From: Rebecca billardiae RCC1528
Taxonomy: Eukaryota; Protista; Haptophyta
Reading direction: 5' to 3'
Assembly: GCA_965240325.2 (NCBI GenBank)
Contig: OZ251228.1
Span: 372,001 to 436,000 of the forward strand
Length of the DNA stretch: 64,000 nucleotides
Numbering within the stretch: the stretch's first letter is position 1; the number at the start of each line of letters is the position of its first letter. A program made the translations under genes and the position numbers. Of this stretch, positions 14,052 to 24,955 are shown piece after piece. Below the pieces are notes generated by a model. The model saw only the letters and a list, made by a program, of their open reading frames with translations, ran no database searches and had not been told where the DNA came from.

Positions 14052-16327
14052 CTGTGCGCGCCAGCTGGCTGCTGAGCACGGGCGACCGTCGGTTGGATGG
14101 GTATGCGCAGCTCCAGCACGGCGGCTAAGGTGGGGACACGGCAGCGACCAGAGTCGTTGTTCATCTCTCGAGTTGAACTTCGTCGGATGGCATCATATAT
14201 GTATATCATGCGCGATGCTGCCCGCAGTCCGACGCGCCTGAGTGAGGCGACCGTCGCGACCGACGCGGCGGTCCCCGCCGGGCGGGCGGCCCGTTAAGCC
14301 TTAAGGCCGTACTGGCCAGCGCAGCGTATGCTCGACTGACGAGTAAAATTTCGTCTGACATGTGCACTTGCTGAGCGGCTTTATTAAAAATATTGTCGCT
14401 CACAAGCGTGGCCGTACTGGTCACGAGCCAGACGCTGCGCGCCTGTTACTAATAATTGAAAATTCGAGCTCGCGCACTACGGCATTGCCAGTTCCGAGAG
14501 GCCGCTGCCATAATTTGCCAATTTCCTTCGCTCTCCGCCAGCCAAGAGTCTACGCAGACTATTATTGGGATACCGCGAGCTCCGAGCGCGGAGTTCCGAA
14601 CCCGCGTCAGCACGCGCCTTCACGCGGCTTCACGAGTTCACGCCGCCTGACCAGTACCTCGCGGCCAGCTGCTGCGCGCGCGCCGCGCACGCCAAGGGCC
14701 CACGCTCATATTGTCTTATTGACTGAACGGACGCCGTGTCATAACTCAGTGTGGGCGCTGCATATGTCGTCATATCATCTGATCCGATATCATAGCTGCC
14801 GCGGCACTGCCAAACGGATCCGCTGCCACGTGAGCGATGCCAGGTACGTGGTACAGCCGGGGGTGCCGGACCGGACAGCTCGGACCGAGCATGCCTCTGC
14901 AGCAGGGCGTTGCGCCAGCTGGACCGAACGCCTTCCGGTCTTTTCAGATTTGCGCTTTTCAAATAAACGAAATGTTTTGTGCTCGTCAATCTGTCCAACG
15001 GCAAAGCGCGGCGGATGGCGGCTTCGCCGCCGCATGGGCGGGCGATGGCCGTTGCCCGCATAAAACGTGCGTCGGAGGCAAGGAAGCAGGCAGATAGATG
15101 ACGCGTCGCACGCGTCGTGGAACTCGGTCGCGACGCTCGCCAGCCCCAGTGGCCCTCAGCGCGCGCGGCGAAGCCAAGTCCATGGGACATGGGTGCCCAG
15201 CGTGCAGGCGGCACGGTCACGCCGCTCGGCCGCGGCGACCGGCCTCGCACGCGTCCTTGCCGCGCGAAAGGGCATCCCAGCTGCGTTCATTCGACTTGTG
15301 CGTCAGGAGCAGTGTGCCAGCTAGCCGACGCGCACGCGCCGCGAGCTGCACGGCGTGCGCAAACGTAGCCCGCCGAGGCCGAGCGTGCGCCGATGCGGCA
15401 CAGCGGGAGAGGGCCCCCGGCGATTCGAAGGCGACTCTCGTCAGGGGCCCTCCGTAGCTTCGTGATCTACGAAAGCTAGCGTCCTCGCGTTTGTCCAGCT
15501 GGCGCAACGCTCCGAGGCATGGATCATCATGGCGGCTGATGCCGATGGCAACGCCAGCCTGGCTCGGGGCTCCAGCAGAGTCTCGCCGAGCGGAGGCCGC
15601 TCACGCGACCGTACATGATTGCGCGCTCATCATCATGATGCATGGCAACTAATCTATCGCAATAGTATAAGCGCATTTTCACGCGCGATATAGTACGCGA
15701 CGCGGTTGTCGTGCTCATCATCATTACCATCATGACAGATACAAGCAGTACACCTACAGTTTACTAAGAATAAGAGACGCACACAGCTCAGGCAGGCGAG
15801 ATTGATGCCCGCCAACTGTACCAAGGGTCGACTTTTATCATTTTGCTGGCGAACGCGAGCTTTCTCAATGTTCTTTCGTCGGCGTCGTCTGGTGATTCCA
15901 GCAAGCGGCATTTCGATTCGATTGGATTTGACGAAGCTGATTCGATCGCATGCGTTTTCTCGAAGGCTCGTGCGCTGCGTCGCAGCTGGCCAAGTTCCTC
16001 TCCTACCCAACTGCGCACCCACCGGCCACCGTGTGCATTGCAAATAAATATTGGCACGTGAAAGCATTGATGATCGACGACTGTTCGTCCAAACGTCAGA
16101 TGCTCGTCAGATGCTACGATTGATTTTGATCCGGTTTTTACCCCTCCAGATTCGCGCGGAAAACTACCCACTCCTCGCCCAGAGAACACGTCGATCTGCA
16201 GCGGGCGCAGTTCCCTCCAGTCCAGATTTCCTCGCCGGCTCCAGACGACACAGGCGACTCCGGCGTACGCGGGCGCGCTCAACCGCGTCCTGGCCTTAGT
16301 TGAGCATAGCAATCGCGGCGGCCTCGA

Positions 16328-17494
16328 ATGGCCCAGCAGCCCCGGCAACCCGAGTTCTTGGCCACGACGATGGGCATGTCATCGCGGCGGCTGTGTGCCA
16401 ACTGCGAGTCGACCGTGCGCGCCGTTCCCTACAACGTGACGAACGCATCGAATTGCCGCCTCGTAGCGTTGCCACCACCGTTTGAGCCAGAGGCCACTGT
16501 GGCATCGCAGCATTTGCGGCGCGCCGACGATTCCACCGTTGCCCTCGAGTCTACTTTCAATGACAGCGTCATGCTCGACGCGGCAGTCCTCGCTGAGCTG
16601 GATCGACTGCTGGCGTGCAACGCGAGCGCGCACGCATCATCAGGGGATGATGGGTCGCGGATGTCCCCTACCGTCGTCGAGTTTGTCCGGCGCGTGCTCC
16701 ACGACGAGCCCGAGCCGGCACCCAACGATCCACCACCTGCGGCCACGCGCCAGATGTCTCCCCTCGCGGGCGGTGTGGTGGCACTCCCGCAGAATCAACA
16801 GCATCGCCATCATCCACCATCTGCGATGATGGTCGCGGAGACGCTGGTGGATGCCTGCGTTGCTGGCTCGCTGTGCGCGCCTGTGCTGCCACAGAGCGTC
16901 GACATGTGGCAACCGCCCACGTTGGGCCCGCCGACCACGCCTGTGCCTCGAGACGCTTGGTCCGATGCACTCATCCCGCCGGGGGCATCCGTGCCGCTCC
17001 TGACCGCTGTGGGCAATCGTCACGGGCTCGGGATGCCGGGCGCGCCGGCTTGGCTCCCGCTTCCGCCTGCGGCGACGGGCAACGTCGAGCCGCCCGTGCC
17101 CCGGGCGCAGCGAGTGTACATCGGGGTGCGCTGCCGCCAGCCTGCGCACGGCGGCCAGAAGCGCGCCAAGCCGTACCACGGCCGTGTGCGCTTCAAGGGC
17201 ACAGAGCACTACACGAAGTTCTTCTCGTCGCCGGAGAGCGCAGCGCGCGCGCGTGACGCGCTCGTCATCCAGCTCGGCCTCCATCACACGCGCAGGCTCA
17301 ACTTCCCGCCGGGCAGGATGCACGATCCCAGGAGCATGGAACGACAGCAGCATCCCTCAGCAAGCACCCGCTTGGGCGGGGATTCGGCTCCCGCCAGCAG
17401 CGATCGTCGTCGGCGGACAACCCTGCGGCACAGTGGCGCATCGTCCGGCGTTTGCCATCACCCTGTCGTCGGTCGGCTCGCGAATCTTCACTGA
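16328..17494 (+). CDS. AP2-domain DNA-binding protein
   Basis: YIGVR...YHGRVRFKGTEHYTKFFSSPESAARARDALVIQL...RLNFP is an AP2/ERF-type domain; Pro-rich low-complexity region upstream. Start uncertain. Confidence 0.75.
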   Translation: MAQQPRQPEFLATTMGMSSRRLCANCESTVRAVPYNVTNASNCRLVALPPPFEPEATVASQHLRRADDSTVALESTFNDSVMLDAAVLAELDRLLACNASAHASSGDDGSRMSPTVVEFVRRVLHDEPEPAPNDPPPAATRQMSPLAGGVVALPQNQQHRHHPPSAMMVAETLVDACVAGSLCAPVLPQSVDMWQPPTLGPPTTPVPRDAWSDALIPPGASVPLLTAVGNRHGLGMPGAPAWLPLPPAATGNVEPPVPRAQRVYIGVRCRQPAHGGQKRAKPYHGRVRFKGTEHYTKFFSSPESAARARDALVIQLGLHHTRRLNFPPGRMHDPRSMERQQHPSASTRLGGDSAPASSDRRRRTTLRHSGASSGVCHHPVVGRLANLH

Positions 17495-17910
17495 CGGCCT
17501 GACGTCGAAATGTCGTCGTGCAGCGCGCAGCGCGCAGCCGGCGGCGGTCGGGAGTGGGTACGGCCTGCAAAGTGCGGCGCGATGCTGATACGGTGCTCGT
17601 GACCTCTGACTGAGTAAATATTGGCATGTTCAGCATGAGAGTTCGAGCTCAGTAGTAGCAGGCTGCGCGTAATATGTTTAACTGTACTGATGCTGCTGCT
17701 GCTGCACGCAGCGAATGTAATTGTAGTCGTACTCACGGTCACGCCAACCGGGCCAGACCGCCGGACTAGCCGTGCCCGTAGGCTCCGTGGAAAGCGTTCG
17801 GGTCGTCCGGGCGGCGCCCCGGCTGGCTGATGGCCCGAGGACGGCTCCGACGATGGCCCGAGAAGGAGAGAGTAAGCAATTAATATAAGTCTACGATCGA
17901 CATACACACA

Positions 17911-19536
17911 TGACCGCGTTCCGCGGTCCTTTTCCGTAGAACGAACGTAGTTCAGGGCCCGCGGTGGCGGTGCACCCTCCGTCGCAGTCGTCCATTGACA
18001 GACCCGGAGTTGCATGCCCGTACAACTAGACTCTCCACCAGCGGCGCGCCGCCGCCCGCCGCGCCGCGGGCGGGCCCATCGCACTTCGCAGCCGCCGGCG
18101 CGGCGCCTATTGTATCCAGGCGTGATCGACGCATGAGCGCGACTCCACGTGCACGCCAGGCCACGCGAAGCTGACAGCCAGGGAGCACGGTGCGGGGCCG
18201 CGGATTCGTTCGGGCCGCCGTGCTGCTGACTGTGACCGCTGTCCCGGGTCACCGCGCACCGGCAGCGCCAGGATAGTTATTAGATGATTTGCACTGGTCC
18301 GAGTAGGGTTCGACCAGCGCCTGCGCGACGGCCGACAGGCGGGCGCGAGGCGTGATCGACGCATGAGCGCAACTCTACGTGCACGCCAGGCCACGCGGAG
18401 CTGACAGCCCGAGGGACGGCACGCAGTGCCGAGGTTCGAGGGCACCGCAGTCACAGATCGTTCGCGCACGCCGCGCGTGCACGGGCGGACACACCTCGAT
18501 CAGGCTCGGCACGCGTTGCAGAGGCACAGCCAGCTCTGGGGACGGCACGCACCACCGTCGCCCGCGCAGCTCGTCCTCCTCGTAGAGTACCGTTCAGTTC
18601 CGAGGCGTAGCCCTCGCTCAGAGTCGACCGTCGACGATGGACTCGGATCGTCGGCGCTCCCCGGAAAGGCATGGCAAGGGCGGCGCGTGGTGAAGTCGAA
18701 GACTCAGAGATCGATCAGTCCGGCATCAGGCGCCGCTGCCCCCGAGCTTGCGAGAGCCCGAATACAGGGCGGCTGCCGCGGCGCCGGCCGGGGCGCCCCG
18801 GGCGACGCGCGCGGCCGCGCGCAGGCATCGACACGGGGCGGCGGGGGCGCGCGGAGTGAGCGGGGGCACGAACGCGATGTCGACGGCAGTCGGGACCCGC
18901 CACAGCCGCGCGCTCCAGGCGCAACTCGCCGCGCGCACCTGCCCATCGCCGTACTCACCCGTCGGTCGCTCGTGCGGCTCGCTGACCCTCTCGCGGAGAG
19001 TGCGCAGCAACCAAGGTTTGGCTTTGCTGGGCAGCCGTCCCCGGCTCCAGACTCGTGTCAGATACTATTGAGATACGCCGAAGTTGGCGCATCGGCTACT
19101 GACCCTTGCCATGTTGGCTCCTGATACAGACACGGCGCGATTGAATAGTTGATTCAACTGATTCAAGGGACGTACATGGCCACATCGGTTCGCGGCAATC
19201 AATCTCTATCTATATACGTCATCGCTCCTTGGACCTTGCTGCAATCTCATTGGCCGGAAAAATCGCTTGTAACGGTTCGTTACGTTAGGGATCCTAAAGG
19301 GCGTGAAGTTTTTTGGACGGGCGTCACTCCACGCTTTACTATGAACTTGTTGTGGGCGCGACCTTTTTCGGCCGTGATGCGTGTTAGAGAGGGTCTCAAA
19401 ATTCGAAACTCGGTCTCCTCCAGCCATGAAAATCGTCCCCCGTCCCTTTTTTCTTGATCAAAGATCTTTTTGAAACGTGGTTCGGGCCCGCTGGTGCGGG
19501 CTCCACGCTGCGCGCTCCGCCCTGCACCGCGGGCCA
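17911..19536 (-). mobile_element. Family A element, diverged complete copy (A3)
   Basis: 5' end TGGCCCGCGGTGCA at 19536; hairpin end at 17912-17928; interior partly homologous to A2 but ~18960-19340 is different; flanks give A|T with no TSD. Confidence 0.85.
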
Positions 19537-19566
19537 TAATACATATACACTTATTGCTGACTATAT

Positions 19567-19625
19567 GTGGGTTTATTGGTACAATGACTGATTATTGTCT
19601 AAGACTAAGAGGACGCGGAGCCAGC
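19567..19625 (-). mobile_element. Family C hairpin-end fragment
   Basis: GTGGGTTTATTGGTACAATGACTGATTATTGTCTAAG matches the reverse complement of the ends at 51685 and 52702; other end not found. Confidence 0.65.
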
Positions 19626-20154
19626 GCAATCGGCGCCGGTCATCAATACCTGCCTGCGGCATAATTCGGCCCGAGCCAGGTGGCCGAGCTCAAGTCCGGC
19701 CGCTATATATATATTAATATAATACTTTGGTCACCCTCTTCTTGGGCCACGAGTGACTTTCATCCTCTCTCGGTGCGCACACACGACGGCCCAAAACTGC
19801 TGCTTACGCGCTGTGCTGCTCCTGACTCCTGAGCCTTGGGCAAGGTTGACACTTGGCGGCACTGGACTAAGAGGACAGCCAATTGGTGAATGGGACTTTT
19901 TCATCTGCTGGCGCCGAGCCGACCGACGCGGCTCTGTGTCTCTCTCGCTCACGCAGCACACGGGGCGCCACGGCGCCCTTCGGAAGCGACCACTGTCCTG
20001 ATGGTAGTGACGGCTGCAGCTGTTCTGCTGGGCCCGCATCTTTCAGGGCGCCCGCCTCTGCACGATGGTGCCTCGAGTGCCTCGCTCTTGGCGCGTGCGG
20101 CTTGATGGCGGCTCTCGAGCCGTAGTGAACTACTGCGTCTTCCAAGCTGGGCGC

Positions 20155-20156
<2 letters not shown>

Positions 20157-20227
<71 letters not shown>

Positions 20228-20271
20228 AGAGAGAGAGAGAGAGAGAGAGTCGAGAGAGAGAGAGAGAGAGA
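20157..20271. repeat. (GA)n microsatellite, imperfect
   Basis: Seen directly. Confidence 0.95.
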
Positions 20272-20331
20272 AAGAGCAGAGATAAATATTAATTTATAAA
20301 GCACGTCGTTCATCGTCGTCATCATATATAT

Positions 20332-20494
20332 TTAACGACGCGTGGCAGCATCGGTCGATCGGACAAGCGTCAGGCTCAGAGTGCAACAGACACACATCAG
20401 AATGCGTATATATACGTATATATATATATATATATTTAACGACGTGGCAGCATCGGACAAGCGTCAGGCTCAGAGTGCAACAGACACATAGAAT
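20332..20494 (-). repeat. Two tandem family D 3'-end fragments separated by (TA)n
   Basis: TTAACGACG(C)GTGGCAGCATCGG...CAAGCGTCAGGCTCAGAGTGCAACAGACACA occurs at 20332 and 20436. Confidence 0.7.
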
Positions 20495-20626
20495 ATATGT
20501 ATATATATATGCATGATGTATATATATTTAATAATATGCGCCCACGGCCACGGCCCAGGATGCGGAGCCTCCCCGCCGAGCCGTGGCAGCATCCGACTCG
20601 TCTCAGCGAGCGGCTCTCAGAGCGAA

Positions 20627-22327
20627 TTAAGAGGCGGCGGAGTCCGCGGCGGCGCTGAGATTCAGCTGGCCGCTGCCACGGAGCTGCACGGCGAGCGTGC
20701 GCAGAGCGCGCGCCTCCTGCTCCATGAGCGCACGCGCCACAGCCACGCATGACGCGCGCGGCCGCCCCGCGGCACTGCCCGCTCCCGAGTCGGCATCGGG
20801 AAGTGGCACTGTGGGCGGTGGGTCTGGGTAACGCTCAAGAGCGCTCTCACACACGGCTGCCAAGTGCGCCGCCGCTCGCCTCTCGACACCAGAGCCAAGC
20901 GGCGCGGCGCATGTCTCGCCAAGTGCGTCCAGCTGCATACCCCGCGTAGCAGGCTCATCCAGTGGCCCTGCAGCGCTGCCCAAGCTGCCACCCGCCTCGT
21001 CTGCGTCCCCCCGGAGCAGCGCCCACGCCCCCTCGCCCGCGGCGTCGACCGCAGCGCGCTCGTCCGGAGTGCGAACGGCGGCCAGCCGCAGCAGTGCGCG
21101 CAGCTCAGGGTGCGGGCGCGCAGGCGGAGGCTCGATCAGGAAATCGAAATCGAAATCGCATGGCAGCTCGTCGGCCGCGAGCTCGTCGCGGGGCACGCCT
21201 GCCGCGCCTCGGCGCTCGAGCACGCCAAGCTGCCAGGCTCGAAGCTCGGCGGCGTCGACGACGCTGTCGCCCGCCCCCGAGGCCTCCGCCTCGCCGCCAG
21301 CACCGCCGCCCGCGGGAGCGTCCAGCCCCACTGCCAGCCACAGCCCGGCGGCAGGAGAGACGTACCCGAAGTAGGTGAGCAGCATGGCCGCCGCGTGCTC
21401 CCCGTAGTGGTCCTCCACCTCGGCGCCCTCGGGCACGCCGAAGCGCGCGCGGAGGCGCACGACGTCCCGAGCCGCGTCCAGCCCGAACTCGTGCCCGGCC
21501 GTCACGGCCTCCGCCGAGTTGCACAGGTCCAGGAGCGGCACCAGGGCCGCCTTGCCCAGGCCAGGGCCGAGGTCAAACGAGCGAGAGAGGACGAGCGCGC
21601 ACGCGACGCGGACGGCGTGGCAGAAGGCCTCGGTGGGGCCGTCGCCGGAGAGCGCCTCCGCGCGCGCGCCCTCGCACTCCGACAGCCGCACGCGCACACC
21701 GAGCCGACGAAACACGGCCCAGAGCAGGCGGCACGCGGCGCCGACCTCCGAGATCAGATCTGCCGCCTCATCGTGAGCAGCGGTGCCTCGGAGCAGCTCG
21801 AGCTCGGGCGGGCTCCAGAGGAGCACGGGCCAGCGGCTCTCGGCCGTGCTGCGCCACGGCCAAGACTCGAGGAACGGCGCGAAGCGCGAGCGCGCGCCTA
21901 GGGCTCGCTCCTTGAGAACGACCGCGACCGTGGCGACGACGAGCGCGCCATCACCGCCCTGCTCAACGATGGTGCGCAGCGAGCGCCCGAGCTCGCCGGG
22001 CTCTGTGTCGATGGTGCGTCGCGTGATGCACGCATCGACCGGCACGGCGAAGATCTCCTCGTCAGCATCGACGCCGCGGCGCGCAAAGACGCCGCGGCCG
22101 CGGCCGCTCGATTCGCCGACGCGCACGCGGCCGGTGTCGACGCCATGCTCGTCGCGAAGCCAGGCCTCCAGGGCGGTCTCCGGCGCCGCGGCGTCCGCGA
22201 CGAGCTTGATGCGGGCCGATCCTCGCGCAGCGACACATCCCGGCCCGCGGGTTGCACACCAGGCGGGCGTGGCACATAATAATGCGGCGAGCAGCCACGC
22301 CGTCCGCGCGACCAACGTTGGCGCCAT
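20627..22327 (-). CDS. SET-domain protein lysine methyltransferase, Rubisco-LSMT/SETD3 class, with N-terminal signal peptide
   Basis: GRGVFA, SRFAPFLESWP, LVLSRSF, ALVPLLDLCNS, EVEDHYGEH..LLTYFGY, plus a substrate-binding-like C-terminal domain; the signal peptide suggests complex-plastid or ER targeting. Confidence 0.85.
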   Translation of the reverse strand: MAPTLVARTAWLLAALLCATPAWCATRGPGCVAARGSARIKLVADAAAPETALEAWLRDEHGVDTGRVRVGESSGRGRGVFARRGVDADEEIFAVPVDACITRRTIDTEPGELGRSLRTIVEQGGDGALVVATVAVVLKERALGARSRFAPFLESWPWRSTAESRWPVLLWSPPELELLRGTAAHDEAADLISEVGAACRLLWAVFRRLGVRVRLSECEGARAEALSGDGPTEAFCHAVRVACALVLSRSFDLGPGLGKAALVPLLDLCNSAEAVTAGHEFGLDAARDVVRLRARFGVPEGAEVEDHYGEHAAAMLLTYFGYVSPAAGLWLAVGLDAPAGGGAGGEAEASGAGDSVVDAAELRAWQLGVLERRGAAGVPRDELAADELPCDFDFDFLIEPPPARPHPELRALLRLAAVRTPDERAAVDAAGEGAWALLRGDADEAGGSLGSAAGPLDEPATRGMQLDALGETCAAPLGSGVERRAAAHLAAVCESALERYPDPPPTVPLPDADSGAGSAAGRPRASCVAVARALMEQEARALRTLAVQLRGSGQLNLSAAADSAAS

Positions 22328-22677
22328 CGCCGAACACGGCGGCGGCGGCGCGGTGCGGATTGAATAATATTAATCGATCGTCGCGAAAAAGCCGCCGCCA
22401 ATAAAATCGACCAGATCGTCGGGCCGCGGGATGACTCGGCCGCGGCCGCGCGGCGCACGCATTGTGACAGCAAGCAACTAAGCAAGCAAAGGTTGAGGTG
22501 TCGCACGACATTCCACCAAGGGCAGTAACACCCTTGACTCAACCACAGTGCTCGCCACGTGGCCTGCGGGGCACTCACGCCGTCGTCACTCTGAGCGGGC
22601 CGCCGCGCGACACGTGCCACGTCGCGGAAGTCACACAGCCTTCCTGTGCGCCGCCCCTCCGACCGCGCGCGCCCTCG

Positions 22678-24599
22678 TCACTCGTCGTAGTCTGCGTCGT
22701 CCTCAACGACGGCGATCGGCCGCACCGAGCGCGCGCTGGATGGCGTGCGCTGCTGCGCGCGCGCAAGAGCCGACCCCGAGCCGGTGCCGGTGTGAGGCGT
22801 GTGAGCGCAGTGGCTGGCGCACTTGGGGGGTGGGCTGGCCGGTGCCTGGGCGTGCACACCGGCGTGGGACGATGGCGCCGGGCGGCGCTCGGCGGCGCCG
22901 CCGCCGTTTTGCCGCGCGGCCCGTCGGTCCACATCCGCCATCGCTGGCGGCTCCGCGGCAGCGCGCGGCACGGCAGCCAACGGCGCTGCGAGCCCACCCG
23001 CGCCCGCACCGCCGTCGTGCGCCCCATGCCCGGTGCGTGGCGTGTGCGCGTGCGCACGCGCGCCCGAGTGCGCGCGGATCGCCGCGACCCACGCCTCCGC
23101 CTCCGCTGGGCCGTCGGCACGCAGCACCCATTTCACCTGCGCCTGCGAGGAATAGAAAAAGCCCTCGACCATTTTCTCTTTGCTCAGCTCGAGCAGCGCG
23201 CGGGAGCCGGTGCGAAGCTGCACACTCGCAGCGGACTCGCCGCGCGCCGGGTGCGGCGCGAGCGAGATGGAGTCGAGAGGCTGCGTGTCCTCCGTCGAGG
23301 TGAAGAGGTGCAAGAACCCCGAGCGCGTGAGCACGCCGAGCAGGTCCTGCCTGCGCCGCACCCCGCCCCGGCGCCGGTGTGGCGTCGCGCGCGACACACA
23401 CACAGTCATGCCGCGGGGTGCACGGGGCGCGCCGTGAGCGCGCAGCGCGCGGCGCCGCGCGCGTTGAGGGACAGCCCCCGAGCTCCGCGCCGCTCAAGCC
23501 GCCCTCGCCTCCGCGCCCGGCTCGTCGGCCCCGCGCGCGGCCCGCGCGGCGCGGCGGCGCACCAGCCCCCGAACACGGACGTCGACTGCCGCGCCAGCAG
23601 CCCCACTTTCTCCACCTGAGCCATGTTCCGCTGGGAGGTGGCGAGGAGCGACCGAGGCGCTGCGGCCGCGGGGTCGGAGCCGGCGGGGTCGGCGGGGTCG
23701 GTGGGCGGCAGGGCGGGCGGCTGGAAGGCGTGCCCCTTCCGCCCGCCCTTGGGCGGCGTCGCCGCGCCACTGCCCGGGTGGCTCGGCGGCCGGAGCAGTC
23801 CGGAAGCGTCGCCCTCCGGCAAGCGCGCGCGCACGCGCGTGTGCAGGTCCAGCTCGCCATCGACAGCCTTAGCCGCCTTGATCGCGTCGCCGGCGCGCTG
23901 CCGGAGCTCCTCGTGGAGGTGCCAGTGCGCGCTCACCACATCCACTAGCACCGACCCCAGCGCGTCCGTCAGCACCACGTCCGCCGCCGCCTGCTCGAGC
24001 AGCAGCCGCCGCAGGCCGCGCGCGCGCTCGGTGCGCACGCGGGCGAGTGTCGACTTCTGCGCCTCGAGCGCGACCTCGGCGAGCCACGGGTCGGTGGGCG
24101 GCGGGCCGCGGCCGGGCTCGGAGGCGGCGCAGAGCTCGCGGTACGCCGTGCGCGCCGCCTCCGTGCTCTCGTTCGCCTTCGCCTCTCGCGTGCGCAGCTC
24201 GCTCGCGCGCGCCTGCGTCGCGCGGCCACGCCTATTCGCGTCAATGTCCAGGCGGTGCAGCTTGCTCGCCTCGGCGCGGAGCGCCTTGCTGTGCTCGGCG
24301 AGCGCGGCGGCCTGCAACTTGCCCTGCCGCTCGAGCGCGCCGATCGCCGCGCTCATCGTCGACTCGCCGGCCGCCGCGGGCGCGGCCGGCGCATTCGCCG
24401 TCACGCGCTCCGGCTTGCGGCCCATGCCGCGCGCGACGGTGTCCGAGAGCTTGACGAGCGCGTGAGCGAAGGCATCCTCGGCCGCGGCGAGATCGGACAG
24501 GTAGGTGGACAGCGCCGCGGCCACCGCGTGCTGCTCCGTGCCGCGCTCGACGATCGCCTCGCACGCCCGATCGATCTCGGCGTCGTCCACGGAGGCCAT
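22678..24599 (-). CDS. BAR/F-BAR plus PH domain protein (Slm1-like architecture), 2 exons
   Basis: Helical N-terminus with YLSDLAAAEDAFAHALVKLS; PH motifs EKVGLLARQSTSVFGGW|..GVLTRSGFLHLF..PLDSISL..WVLRADGPAEAEAWVAAIR; intron ~23562-23353. Confidence 0.7.
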
Positions 24600-24955
24600 G
24601 GCGGCGGCTCCCGAGCGTGGCTTGGTCCGGCAGATCAGCAACGTCCGGATGCGGCACGCCGCCGTTTGTCGGCAGAAAAAATGATGACGCGAGAAAACAT
24701 CTTGATGCGCTAGCTTCGGGGAGGACGACGGTTGTGCCGTCGTCGGGGCGCGTGATAGTGATGCGGGTACTTGCAGCGCGCGACGTGTTCGTTCCCGGCG
24801 TCAGCGCAGGACTGCTGCTCACGACTGGTGTCCAGCTCGCGCGCTCAAAACTTGGCGAGACTTGGACCGACGCAGCTGTCGGAACGCGCAGGCCCCGAGC
24901 GCGCGCCACTGCATCCGAGCCTTCACGGGCACGCCGACCGAGACCGCCAGACGGC

